Part shown: positions 37,809 to 46,380 of the stretch, piece by piece
Layout of the letters: each line of letters opens with the position of its first letter
Numbering within the stretch: the stretch's first letter is position 1
DNA from: Rhodanobacteraceae bacterium
GTDB lineage: Bacteria; Pseudomonadota; Gammaproteobacteria; Xanthomonadales; Rhodanobacteraceae
NCBI GenBank assembly: GCA_036279975.1
Contig: DASURP010000062.1
Span: forward strand, 35,990-99,989
Reading direction: 5' to 3'
Length of the DNA: 64,000 nucleotides
The notes under the pieces: model-generated
Database searches by the model: none
The model's input: only the letters and a program-made list of their open reading frames with translations
Told to the model about the DNA's origin: nothing
Translations under genes and position numbers: made by a program

Positions 37809-38105
37809 TCAGTGTACGGGGGCCTGCGGCTGCTTCGGTCGCGACGCGTGCACCGGACGCGAGGCGTGCACGATCAGCCAGACCACCGCCGCGACGAGCA
37901 GCACGGGCATCAGCAATGGCAGCAGGGCGAACAGCACGATGGGAAAGACCAGCAGCGCGACCAGACCGACGGTGAACAGCCCGACGATGCCGCCGAACAG
38001 CGCACCCAAGAATCCGAACGTCAGTTTGAACACGCCGCCGAGCAGCGCAGCGAACAACCAGAACGCGCCGACCGCAACCAGCACCAATACTCCGAGTTCG
38101 AACAT
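37809..38105 (-). CDS. Small three-TM membrane protein (98 aa)
   Basis: MFELGVLVLVAVGAFWLFAALLGGVF... preceded by GAGGAG at 6 nt. The C-terminus carries a tandem HASRP-V-HASRP repeat. Divergent from padR. Confidence 0.5.
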   Translation of the reverse strand: MFELGVLVLVAVGAFWLFAALLGGVFKLTFGFLGALFGGIVGLFTVGLVALLVFPIVLFALLPLLMPVLLVAAVVWLIVHASRPVHASRPKQPQAPVH

Positions 38106-38294
38106 TTCCATCTCCTCACCGCCGCGTGGCGATTCGTTGCGCCTGCGGCTGCGCAGACAATGTGCGCTTCCCGAGCGGCGCTGGAAGCATGCCCCGTGAC
38201 CCATGCCGCGGTGTCCCATGACTTCCGGCGCATGCAGCTATTGTCAAGTGCGGTATAGTGTACTCGCGTATATGCCGGACGCAAGTGCATCGAG

Positions 38295-38651
38295 ATGGCC
38301 GAAACCGACCCGCACCTGAAAAAGTTCGAGAAGGAACTGGCCGCGGGCACGGTATCGCTGGTGTTGCTGGCGGCGCTGGCCGCGGCGCGCGAACCGCTGT
38401 ACGGCTACCAGATCGCCAAGCGCCTGGAACGCGATGCGGGTGGCGTGCTGGTCGGCAAGCAAAGCGCGCTGTACCCGGTGTTGCGCAACCTGAGTACCGC
38501 CGAACTGCTGGATACCTTCGTCGAACCATCCGAAGCGGGACCACCGCGTCGCTACTACCGGATCACGCCGTTGGGCCGGAAGGTGCTGCGCGAATGGACC
38601 GATGCATGGCATTCCACCCAACGCTACGTCGACTCGATCCTGAGGGATTGA
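38295..38651 (+). CDS. PadR-family transcriptional regulator
   Basis: 118 aa: LVLLAALAAAREPLYGYQIAKRLE......LYPVLRNLSTAELL...RRYYRITPLGRKVL. Confidence 0.85.
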   Translation: MAETDPHLKKFEKELAAGTVSLVLLAALAAAREPLYGYQIAKRLERDAGGVLVGKQSALYPVLRNLSTAELLDTFVEPSEAGPPRRYYRITPLGRKVLREWTDAWHSTQRYVDSILRD

Positions 38652-38655
38652 AACC

Positions 38656-39579
38656 ATGAACACGCCACACACCATCAAGGAATACCTGTCGCAACTACGC
38701 GCGGCGCTGGCGGGCGCGGACTCCGCGATGATCCAGGACGCGTTATACGACGCCGAGGAACACCTGCGCTCGGAGCTCGCGGAAAACCCGGGCATGAGCG
38801 AAGCCGAACTGCTGGAGAAGATTGCGACCAGCTACGGCGCGCCCGACGAGGTCGCGGAAATCTACCGCACCACCGAGCAGACCGTGGCGCGCGCCCTGCG
38901 CACCCCGCCGCCACGCCCGCGCCGTTCCGCGATCGGCCGGTTCTTCGGCGTGATCGCCGACCCGCACACCTACGGCGCGCTGTTCTACATGCTGCTGGCG
39001 CTGGCCACCGGCATCTTCTATTTCACCTGGGCCGTGACCGGGTTGTCGATGTCGGTGGGCTTCGCCTTCACGCTGGTCGGCATTCCGTTCTTCCTGTTGT
39101 TCATGGCCTCGGTGCGCGGCCTGTCGCTGGTCGAGAGCCGCATCGTCGAGGGCCTCCTGGGCGTGCGCATGCCGCGCCGCCCGGCCTACGTCGAACGCGA
39201 GCGGCCGTGGCTGAAAAGGATCGGGGACATGCTGTCCGACCTGCGCACCTGGGCGATGCTGCTGTACATGCTGCTGATGCTGCCGCTGGGCATCGCCTAC
39301 TTCACGATCGTGGTGGCGCTGACGTCCGTGTCGTTGGCGCTGATGCTGGCTCCGCTGGCGATGGCGTTCGACTTTTTCGGGCTGGGTCGCGATTTCGTGG
39401 GCGGCCACGTCCTGATCAACTGGGGTTTCGGCCAGCACGTGCCGGGCTGGGGCGACGCGGTCGGCATGTTCGTGATCGGGTTTTTCCTGCTGTTCGGGAT
39501 GCTGCACCTGGCGCGCGCGATCGGCCGCCTGCACGGCGTGCTGGCCAAGCACCTGCTGGTGAAGTCCGCGCGGGTCTGA
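38656..39579 (+). CDS. PadR-associated membrane protein (DUF1700-like N-terminal helical module + multi-TM putative sensor domain)
   Basis: 307 aa, 4 nt after padR. The N-terminus IKEYLSQLRAALAGADSAMIQDALYDAEEHLRSEL...EAELLEKIATSYGAPDEVA resembles DUF1700-type modules that follow PadR genes. Two blocks of paired TM helices follow. Confidence 0.65.
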   Translation: MNTPHTIKEYLSQLRAALAGADSAMIQDALYDAEEHLRSELAENPGMSEAELLEKIATSYGAPDEVAEIYRTTEQTVARALRTPPPRPRRSAIGRFFGVIADPHTYGALFYMLLALATGIFYFTWAVTGLSMSVGFAFTLVGIPFFLLFMASVRGLSLVESRIVEGLLGVRMPRRPAYVERERPWLKRIGDMLSDLRTWAMLLYMLLMLPLGIAYFTIVVALTSVSLALMLAPLAMAFDFFGLGRDFVGGHVLINWGFGQHVPGWGDAVGMFVIGFFLLFGMLHLARAIGRLHGVLAKHLLVKSARV

Positions 39580-39621
39580 CCTTCCAACGGCAAGCGGCGG
39601 CTGGTCACCCACCCTGCCCGC

Positions 39622-40404
39622 TCAAGCACCCGGCGGCTTGTCGCTAGCATCCTTGCGCAACTTCCCGAGCAACGGTTCCAGCAGATCCAGCGGGAGCGGG
39701 AACGCGATGGTCGTGGTCTTGTCGCCGGCCACCTCGACCAGCGTTTGCAGGTAGCGCAACTGGATCGATTGCGGCTGCGTGGCAAGGGTCTGTGCGGCCT
39801 GCATCAGCTTTTCCGACGCCTGCAGTTCGCCCTCGGCGTTGATGATCTTGGCGCGGCGCTGGCGCTCGGCCTCGGCCTGGCGCGAAATCGCGCGGTACAT
39901 GCTCTCCTCGAGATCCACCTGCTTGATCTCGACGTTGGAGACCTTGATGCCCCAGGCATCGGTGTGCTGGTCGAGGATGCCCTGGATGTCGGCATTGAGC
40001 TTCTCGCGCTCGCTCAGCATCTCGTCCAGTTCATGCCGCCCCAGCACCGAGCGCAAGGTGGTCTGGGCGAGCTGGCTGGTGGCCTCGCGCGCGTCTTCCA
40101 CCTGGATCACCGCCTTTTCCGGGTCGACCACACGGTACAGGATCATCGCATTGACCTTCACCGGCACGTTGTCGCGCGAGATCACGTCCTGGGGCGGAAC
40201 CTCCACCACGATGGTGCGCAGGTCGATCCGGACCATCTGCTGCATGATCGGGATCAGGATGATGATGCCGGGTCCCTTGACCGCCTGGAAGCGTCCGAAC
40301 AGGAACACGACGCCACGGTCGTACTCGCGCAGGACCTTGATCGACGACAGCAGGATGATCAGCACGATGACGACGATCACCGCGATGATGGGATAAGTGC
40401 TCAC
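39622..40404 (-). CDS. SPFH/Band-7 (stomatin-like, slipin) protein
   Basis: GTG start at 40404 with AAGGAGG upstream, 260 aa: [18 protein letters not shown]...[12 protein letters not shown]...[14 protein letters not shown] overlap with nfeD. Confidence 0.9.
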   Translation of the reverse strand: MSTYPIIAVIVVIVLIILLSSIKVLREYDRGVVFLFGRFQAVKGPGIIILIPIMQQMVRIDLRTIVVEVPPQDVISRDNVPVKVNAMILYRVVDPEKAVIQVEDAREATSQLAQTTLRSVLGRHELDEMLSEREKLNADIQGILDQHTDAWGIKVSNVEIKQVDLEESMYRAISRQAEAERQRRAKIINAEGELQASEKLMQAAQTLATQPQSIQLRYLQTLVEVAGDKTTTIAFPLPLDLLEPLLGKLRKDASDKPPGA

Positions 40405-41780
40405 GGGGTTGCCTCCTTGGGAACGGCCACGGGTTTCACATCGAGTATCAGTCCGTGCATGGCGGTGACCACGACCGGCTGGCCGCGTATCAGCGGCAGG
40501 TCCGATTGCGCCTGCCAGCGCTCGCCGTGCACGTGCACCGCGCCGCGGCCTTCGAAATCGGCAATCACCTCGCCGATCGCGCCGACCATCTCCTCGCGGC
40601 CGCTGACCACCGGCTGCTTGTGCGAGCGCATCGCCATCCACACGATGCCGGCCAGGATGCCCGCGGCGGCGATCGCCACCCCGACCACCACCGGCAGCGC
40701 AATGCCGTAACCCGGTACTCCGGTATGCATGAGGATCACCGAACCGATCACGAACGAAATCACCCCGCCGGTGCCGAGCACGCCATAGGCGGGCACGAAG
40801 GCCTCCGAAACGATCAGGATCACGCCCAGCAGGATCAGGCCCAGCCCGGCGTAGTTCACCGGCAGCAACTGGAACGCGTACAGGGCCAGCAACAGGCAGA
40901 TCGCCCCGGCCACGCCCGGCAGGATGCCGCCGGGATGCATGCCCTCCATCACCAGCCCCCCCAGCCCGATCAGCAGCAGGATATACGCGACCGATGGATT
41001 GGCGATGACGCCGAGGAACTGGCTGCGGATCCCGGGCTCGAGCGTCTCGATGGCGGCACCACGGGTGTGCAGCACGCGCGCACCCGCGACGGTCTGCACG
41101 CTGCGTCCGTCCACGTCGGCCAGCAACGTCGGGATGTCCGGGGCGATCAGGTCGACCACGTGCAGCTTCAAGGCCTGCTGGTCGGACACGCTGACCGCCT
41201 CGCGCACGGCCTGCTCCGCCCAGTCGGCGTTGCGGCCGCGGCGTTCGGCAAGCGCGCGGATGTAGGCCACCGCATCGTTGGTGACCTTGCGCATTTCGGT
41301 GTTCCCGGCCGGTGCGGGCGCAGGTGCAGCCTTGCCGCTGCTGGACGCCGGCAGCGGCAGGTTTCCACCGCCCGTGATCGACACCGGCGTGGCCGCGCCG
41401 ATGTTGGTGGCGGGCGCCATTGCGGCGACGTGACAGGCATACATGATGTAGGTGCCGGCGCTGGCGGCGCGCGCGCCGGACGGGGCGACATAGCCGATCA
41501 CCGGCACCGGGGACGCCAGGATCGCCTTGATGATGTCGCGCATGGAACTGGACAGGCCGCCCGGCGTATCGATTTCCAGCACGATCGCGCTGGCGTGCAT
41601 GGCGCCGGCACGTGCGATGCCGCGCACCAGGTAATCCGCACTGGCGGGACTGATCGCGCCATCGACGCGCAGTACCACCGCGAGCGGGTGCGCCATCGGC
41701 GCCTGGGACGCGGCCGCAAAGGCCGTTGCCGTCGCCAGCAATGCGATCAGGGCCCAACAGGTGGAACGCCACGTCACCAT
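40401..41780 (-). CDS. NfeD-family membrane-bound ClpP-class serine protease
   Basis: 459 aa. Signal peptide, ClpP-like domain (IDTPGG...ASAGTYI), TM block and a C-terminal OB-fold NfeD domain ([12 protein letters not shown]). Confidence 0.9.
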   Translation of the reverse strand: MVTWRSTCWALIALLATATAFAAASQAPMAHPLAVVLRVDGAISPASADYLVRGIARAGAMHASAIVLEIDTPGGLSSSMRDIIKAILASPVPVIGYVAPSGARAASAGTYIMYACHVAAMAPATNIGAATPVSITGGGNLPLPASSSGKAAPAPAPAGNTEMRKVTNDAVAYIRALAERRGRNADWAEQAVREAVSVSDQQALKLHVVDLIAPDIPTLLADVDGRSVQTVAGARVLHTRGAAIETLEPGIRSQFLGVIANPSVAYILLLIGLGGLVMEGMHPGGILPGVAGAICLLLALYAFQLLPVNYAGLGLILLGVILIVSEAFVPAYGVLGTGGVISFVIGSVILMHTGVPGYGIALPVVVGVAIAAAGILAGIVWMAMRSHKQPVVSGREEMVGAIGEVIADFEGRGAVHVHGERWQAQSDLPLIRGQPVVVTAMHGLILDVKPVAVPKEATP

Positions 41781-41908
41781 GCCGCCATCACACCATCAAC
41801 CGTCGCAGTTGGCAAACAGCATGCCCGCGATCGCGTGCGCGCCGCTGATCCATGTCAGTCTAACCGGGTGCCACAAGAGTACAGTGGAAGGTCGACAGTC
41901 ACATTGCA

Positions 41909-42262
41909 ATGCAGGAAACCACCATGGACCATCCCGTGTACCCCGAATCGAACGCCGACATCGCCCGCCAACGCCACGAGCTGGCGCCGGCCCCGCTGGA
42001 GGCCTTCCAGAACTTCAGCCGCGCGGTGTTTGCCGACGGCGCCCTGCCCTCGGTCACCAAGCAACTGATCGCGGTGGCGGTGGCGCACACCACGCAGTGC
42101 CCGTACTGCATCAAGGGGCACACCAGGGCGGCGCTCAAGGCCGGCGCGAGCGAACAGCAGATCATGGAGGCCATCTGGGTGGCGGCGGAAATGCGGGCGG
42201 GCGGCGCCTATGCACACTCGACGCTGGCGATCGACACCATGCAGCATGCGCACGGCGCGTAG
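41909..42262 (+). CDS. Carboxymuconolactone decarboxylase / AhpD-like family protein
   Basis: 117 aa with the CPYCIKGH CxxC motif. Confidence 0.8.
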   Translation: MQETTMDHPVYPESNADIARQRHELAPAPLEAFQNFSRAVFADGALPSVTKQLIAVAVAHTTQCPYCIKGHTRAALKAGASEQQIMEAIWVAAEMRAGGAYAHSTLAIDTMQHAHGA

Positions 42263-42382
42263 GCAGGCAGCGCGAATTCCGGCGCCCCGCACGCGCCGAC
42301 CCCTTGCCTGCACGGCGGTGCGACAGGCTATACTTCGGACTTTGCCAACGCGGCGCAAGCCGCCCGCAGGGAACCTGGGAAC

Positions 42383-42724
42383 ATGATCCGATCGATGCTG
42401 ACCGTCGCGCTGATGGCGGGATTAGTCTGTTTCGCGGCCACCGCATTCGCCAAGGGCGACCCGGCCAAGGGCAAGCAAGAGGTGTACTCCTGCCACGGTT
42501 GCCACGGCGTCACCGGTTACGAGTCGGTCTATCCCCAGTACCACGTGCCACGCATCGCGGGGCAAAACGAGCAGTACATCATCGACGCGCTCAACGAGTA
42601 CAGGAGCGGCGCCCGCAAGTACCCGACCATGCGGGCACAGGCGCACAGCCTGACCGAGCAGCAGATCGAGAACATCGCGGCCTACCTGTCCAGCCTCGCG
42701 CCCAAGCAACTGCACAAGAACTGA
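42383..42724 (+). CDS. Monohaem c-type cytochrome
   Basis: 113 aa. Signal peptide and a CHGCHG haem-binding site. Confidence 0.8.
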   Translation: MIRSMLTVALMAGLVCFAATAFAKGDPAKGKQEVYSCHGCHGVTGYESVYPQYHVPRIAGQNEQYIIDALNEYRSGARKYPTMRAQAHSLTEQQIENIAAYLSSLAPKQLHKN

Positions 42725-42735
42725 GGGAACCGACC

Positions 42736-43110
42736 ATGCAGCAACGCACTATCCTCGTTTCGCTGCTTGCCGCGGCGCTGGTCCTCGGTTTCGGCACCGC
42801 TTCGGCCAGCGGCGACAGCGCCGCCGGCCAGAAGAAAGCCGCGGCTTGCGAAGCCTGCCACGGCGCTGACGGCAACGGCATCGCCCCGAACTACCCCGCG
42901 CTCGCCGGCCAGTACCAGGATTACCTCGAACAGGCGCTGCACGAGTACAAGGATGGGCGGCGCACGAATGCGATCATGAATGGCATGGCCGCACCGCTGT
43001 CCGACCAGGACATCGAGGACATCACCGCATTTTTCTCCGGTCTGCCGAGCAAGCTCTCGGACCTGCACGGCAAGATCCAGGGCAGCGACGACGGCCTGCA
43101 CTCGCGATGA
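42736..43110 (+). CDS. Monohaem c-type cytochrome
   Basis: Last 124 aa of track ORF 41761..43110: MQQRTILVSLLAAALVLGFGTASA signal and a CEACHG haem site. GAGGGA upstream. Confidence 0.8.
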   Translation: MQQRTILVSLLAAALVLGFGTASASGDSAAGQKKAAACEACHGADGNGIAPNYPALAGQYQDYLEQALHEYKDGRRTNAIMNGMAAPLSDQDIEDITAFFSGLPSKLSDLHGKIQGSDDGLHSR

Positions 43111-43448
43111 ACCTTTCCGAACTGGCCGCGCTGCGCTGCGAACCCCGCAAGGGCAGGGAGCATGCGCTGGACGAGGCCCGTGTGCGCGAACTGCTTGCGT
43201 CGCTGCCCGAATGGCAGGTCGCCCTGGACGGCAAGTCGATCGCGAAGACGTTCCGCTTCAAGAACTTTTACGAGACCCTGGGTTTCGTCAACGCCATCGG
43301 CTGGATGGCCAACAAGCAGGACCACCACCCCGACCTCGAGGTCGGCTACAACCGCTGTGTGGTGCACTGGTCCACCCACGACGTCGGCGGATTGTCGATG
43401 AACGATTTCATCTGCGCCGCACGCGTCGAGGCGATCGCGCACGGGTGA
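43107..43448 (+). CDS. phhB: 4a-hydroxytetrahydrobiopterin (pterin-4a-carbinolamine) dehydratase
   Basis: 113 aa: FRFKNFYETLGFVNAIGWMANKQDHHPDLEVGYNRCVVHWSTH. ATGA overlap with the preceding cytochrome gene. Confidence 0.9.
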   Translation: MNLSELAALRCEPRKGREHALDEARVRELLASLPEWQVALDGKSIAKTFRFKNFYETLGFVNAIGWMANKQDHHPDLEVGYNRCVVHWSTHDVGGLSMNDFICAARVEAIAHG

Positions 43449-43466
43449 TGCCGAGCCGCGTGCCGC

Positions 43467-43517
43467 TGTAGGAGCGCGCCATGCGCGCGACTGTCGCGGC
43501 CATGGGCCGCTCCTACA
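43467..43517. repeat. REP/REPIN-like palindromic doublet (TGTAGGAGC...GCGAC / GTCGC...GCTCCTACA)
   Basis: tgtaggagcgcgccatgcgcgcgac | tgtcgcggccatgggccgctcctaca. Same family as 2069-2117. Confidence 0.6.
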
Positions 43518-43526
43518 TAGAAACAA

Positions 43527-43556
43527 CAAAAACGCGGCCTTTCGGCCGCGCTTTTG
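43527..43556. terminator. Bidirectional rho-independent terminator (phhB / fkpA)
   Basis: CGCGGCC-TTTC-GGCCGCG flanked by A-rich (left) and T-rich (right) runs. Confidence 0.6.
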
Positions 43557-43575
43557 TTGGAACATGCGTCGACTA

Positions 43576-44295
43576 TTACTGGGCGCCGATCTTCACCAGC
43601 GTGACGTCGAAGACCAGCGTTGCATTGGGCGGGAACCCATTCTTGGGCTCGGAGCCGTAGGCAAGTTCGGAGGGAACCACGAACTTGTAGTGGCTGCCCA
43701 CCGGCATCAGCATCAGCGCTTCCTTGAAGCCCGGGAACACGTTGGAGAGGTCGAGCTGGGCCGGGCCACTGCCGTGCTTGGCCGAGGAATCAAACTCCTG
43801 GCCGTTGACGAAGGAACCAGTGTAGTTCACCTGCACGGTATCGGTGGCCTTCGGTTTCGGGCCACTGCCCTGCGAGATGACCTGGTACTGCAGCCCATCG
43901 GACGTGACGTGCACGCCGGGTTGCGACTTGTTCTTGGTGAGATAGGCCATGCCCTCGCTCTTGTTCTGCGCGGCCACCTGGTCGTAGTGCTGCTTCGCGA
44001 GGGCCTGGAACTGGGTGCCGAACGCCTTGGCCACGCTTTCGGCTTCGCTCTCGCCCATGCTGGGCTTCTGCCCCTGCAATGCACGCGTGACGGCCTGCCC
44101 GACCTGCTGTGGGTTGATGAGGCTGCGCGCCCATTCCGGATAGCGGCCCGCCAGTTCATAGCCAACGATCTCGCTGGCCTTGGCCTTGTCGACCGTGGCG
44201 GAATTGCTTTGCGTCTGCGCCTGCGAAATGCCGGCAACGCCGAGCGCTGCGATCACGGCAACGGCGGCCAGGCTGGGCCGCATGATCTGCTTCAT
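43576..44295 (-). CDS. FKBP-type peptidyl-prolyl isomerase (FkpA/Mip-like)
   Basis: 239 aa. Signal peptide, dimerisation helix region and a C-terminal FKBP domain (VNYTGSFVNGQEFDSS...LVFDVTLVKI). Confidence 0.9.
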   Translation of the reverse strand: MKQIMRPSLAAVAVIAALGVAGISQAQTQSNSATVDKAKASEIVGYELAGRYPEWARSLINPQQVGQAVTRALQGQKPSMGESEAESVAKAFGTQFQALAKQHYDQVAAQNKSEGMAYLTKNKSQPGVHVTSDGLQYQVISQGSGPKPKATDTVQVNYTGSFVNGQEFDSSAKHGSGPAQLDLSNVFPGFKEALMLMPVGSHYKFVVPSELAYGSEPKNGFPPNATLVFDVTLVKIGAQ

Positions 44296-44683
44296 CTATG
44301 TTTTCCTCTGGTCAAGAAAGCCGCATGCCAAACCCATGGCATGAACGACAACACGAAGTCAGCCATTCTGCTTGTTTTGCCGCGGAATGGCAACGCGCGG
44401 GGATAGGACAACGGTGACACGACAGGGTTCATTCATCCCCGCGACAGGACCCGTCGCGCTTGGGAATCCCCGATCAGCCGCTTTTCACCATCGCCCGGTG
44501 CGTGGTGCCGCCCCGTCCCATGCGCAGTCCGGCGCCTGGCATGCATCTGTATTGCAGCCACGGGCCGCGATTCTGTTGATCATGGATACGCCCCGGCCTG
44601 CGCCGGGTCAAGCCATGCGCCCGCATGGCGGGCAAAACGAGGGTTTCCCTGGCGGGTTGACCCATGACTGATGGCAGGGGGTG

Positions 44684-44711
44684 TTGACAAGGTGATTTCT
44701 GGTGTTATAGT
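44684..44711 (+). promoter_or_regulatory. Near-consensus sigma70 promoter TTGACA-N16-TATAGT
   Basis: TTGACA at 44684-89 and TATAGT at 44706-11, about 40 nt upstream of the ATG at 44753. Confidence 0.55.
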
Positions 44712-44722
44712 TCACTACAACA
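44703..44722. promoter_or_regulatory. Putative GntR(YtrA) operator TGTTATAGT-TC-ACTACAACA
   Basis: 9-nt arms matching 8/9 as an inverted repeat, overlapping the -10 element. Confidence 0.4.
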
Positions 44723-44752
44723 CTGGTCAACGAGGTCACTAGGAGGCCCGTC

Positions 44753-45022
44753 ATGAACGTCCAGAAGTCACTCGCAGTACTCGCCGCCATGCTGATCACC
44801 GCCGCCGGAATCGCCGGAATCGCCGGGTACAGCAACGCCGCCGCCAGCAGCGTCAACCGGGCCATGAATGCCAGCACCACCGTCATCCGCACCCTGCCGA
44901 CCATGAACGTCCACCCCAGCAAGGCGCAGCTGCAGGAGTTGCACAACGACAAGGCAGGGGCCGCCCCGGCCAGCCTGCGGATGCCGTACTACTCGTTCGC
45001 CAGCGACGGTGCCGGCGCTTGA
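44753..45022 (+). CDS. Small secreted/anchored protein (89 aa)
   Basis: AGGAGG 6 nt upstream. MNVQKSLAVLAAMLITAAGIAGIAGYSNA-A signal-like N-terminus. No recognisable domain. Confidence 0.5.
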   Translation: MNVQKSLAVLAAMLITAAGIAGIAGYSNAAASSVNRAMNASTTVIRTLPTMNVHPSKAQLQELHNDKAGAAPASLRMPYYSFASDGAGA

Positions 45023-45035
45023 ATCGATCCCGCCC

Positions 45036-45056
45036 CCTCGCATGACCCATGCGAGG
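45036..45056 (+). promoter_or_regulatory. Intercistronic hairpin CCTCGCATG-ACC-CATGCGAGG
   Basis: Perfect 9-bp stem with a 3-nt loop, 14 nt after the small-ORF stop. No U-run, so a possible attenuator or mRNA-stabilising element. Confidence 0.4.
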
Positions 45057-45085
45057 ATGGCAATGTCACCGGCAAGGTCCAAGCC

Positions 45086-45463
45086 ATGAGCGTAACCTGG
45101 AATGACAATGTCCCGATCTATCGCCAGTTGCGCGAACGCGTGGTGGCGATGATCCTGGACGGTGCGCTGAACGAGGGTGATGCGCTGCCCTCGGTACGCC
45201 AGGTCGCGGCGGACTACCAGATCAACCCGCTCACCGTTTCCAAGGCCTACCAGGAACTGGTGGACGAGCAGCTGGTGGAAAAACGCCGCGGCCTCGGGAT
45301 GTTTGTCACCGACGGCGCCCGCGAGGCGCTGCTGCGCAGCGAGCGCGAACATTTCCTGCGCGAGGAGTGGCCCCGCATCCGGGCCCGCATCGAGCGCATG
45401 AATCTCGATCTGCAAAGACTGCTGGCCACGCCAGTGCAAGCTTCCGACAAGAGGGAATCGTGA
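45086..45463 (+). CDS. GntR-family regulator, YtrA subfamily (short, no ligand domain)
   Basis: 125 aa: PIYRQLRERVVAMILDGALNEGDALPSVRQVAADYQINPLTVSKAYQELVDEQLVEKRRGLGMFV, followed by a short two-helix tail. Confidence 0.9.
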   Translation: MSVTWNDNVPIYRQLRERVVAMILDGALNEGDALPSVRQVAADYQINPLTVSKAYQELVDEQLVEKRRGLGMFVTDGAREALLRSEREHFLREEWPRIRARIERMNLDLQRLLATPVQASDKRES

Positions 45464-46380
45464 TGAACGTCGCAGCCGAAGCCATCGCTGATCGGCCCGC
45501 CACCCCGCCGGCGGCCGGATCGGAAACGATCGTGCACGCGCAGGGACTGACCAAACGCTACAAGAACACGGTTGCCCTCGACGGCGCCGATTTCGAAGTG
45601 GGTTCCGGCCGCATCGTCGGCCTGATCGGCCCCAACGGTGCCGGCAAGACCACAGCGTTGAAGGCGATCCTGGGCCTTACCGATTTCGAGGGCGAACTCA
45701 GGGTGCTGGGACTGGACCCGCGCCGCGAGCGGCCGAAGCTGATGCGCGAGGTGTGCTTCATTGCCGACGTCGCCACCCTGCCCCGCTGGATCCGCGTCAA
45801 CGAAGCCATCGACTTCGTCGCCGGCGTGCATCCGCGCTTCGACCGCGCCAGGTGCGAGCGCTTCCTCAGCCGCACCAAACTGCACGCCAACCAGAGGGTG
45901 CGCGAGATGTCCAAGGGCATGATCGTGCAGTTGCACCTCGCGATCGTGATGGCCATCGACGCGCGCCTGCTGGTGCTGGACGAACCCACGCTCGGCCTCG
46001 ACATCCTCTATCGCAAGCAGTTCTACCAGAGCCTGCTGGAAGACTACTTCGACGAGAACAAGACCATCCTGATCACCACCCACCAGGTCGAGGAAGTCGA
46101 GCACATCCTTACCGACCTGCTGTTCATCCGCGACGGCAAGATCGCGCTGTCCACCACCATGGACGAGATGGGCGCGCGCTTCGCCGAAGTACTGGTGAAT
46201 GCCGACAAGGTAGAAGCGGCCCGCGCCATGAAACCCATCGACGAGCGCGCAGCGGTGTTCGGCAAGAGCATCTTCATGTACGACAGTGCCGACCCCGAGC
46301 AACTGGCACGACTGGGCGAGGTCAAGCGGCCCTCGGTGTCGGACCTGTTCGTCGCCACCATGAAAGGGACCTACGCATGA
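45463..46380 (+). CDS. ABC transporter ATP-binding protein
   Basis: Start at MNVAAEAI (1-nt overlap with the gntR stop), 305 aa. Walker A GPNGAGKTT, signature MSKGM, Walker B LLVLDEPTLGLD. Confidence 0.9.
   Translation: MNVAAEAIADRPATPPAAGSETIVHAQGLTKRYKNTVALDGADFEVGSGRIVGLIGPNGAGKTTALKAILGLTDFEGELRVLGLDPRRERPKLMREVCFIADVATLPRWIRVNEAIDFVAGVHPRFDRARCERFLSRTKLHANQRVREMSKGMIVQLHLAIVMAIDARLLVLDEPTLGLDILYRKQFYQSLLEDYFDENKTILITTHQVEEVEHILTDLLFIRDGKIALSTTMDEMGARFAEVLVNADKVEAARAMKPIDERAAVFGKSIFMYDSADPEQLARLGEVKRPSVSDLFVATMKGTYA

Noticed and set aside
38241-38277. PadR operator / promoter (TTGTCA, TATAGT, CGGTATA-N13-TATGCCG)
   Set aside because: The hexamer spacings (7 or 22 nt) do not fit a sigma70 promoter, and the inverted repeat is only 6/7 with an odd spacer. 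I could not support a specific site.
41761-42735. 449-aa ORF 41761..43110 as one gene
   Set aside because: It overlaps the AhpD-like and first cytochrome c genes in another frame. Only the last 124 aa (signal peptide + CEACHG) are credible.
44300-44345. Sigma54-type (TGGCAT-N5-TTTC) or sigmaE-type promoter for the FkpA-like gene
   Set aside because: The -12 element lacks the conserved GC, and no GGAACTT/TCTGA-type pair is present in the correct orientation. The match is too weak to call.
44372-44671. 99-aa ORF in the fkpA / GntR-operon intergenic region
   Set aside because: No SD, a Pro/Arg/Gly/Ala-rich composition, and no hydrophobic core pattern or motif. Probably non-coding.
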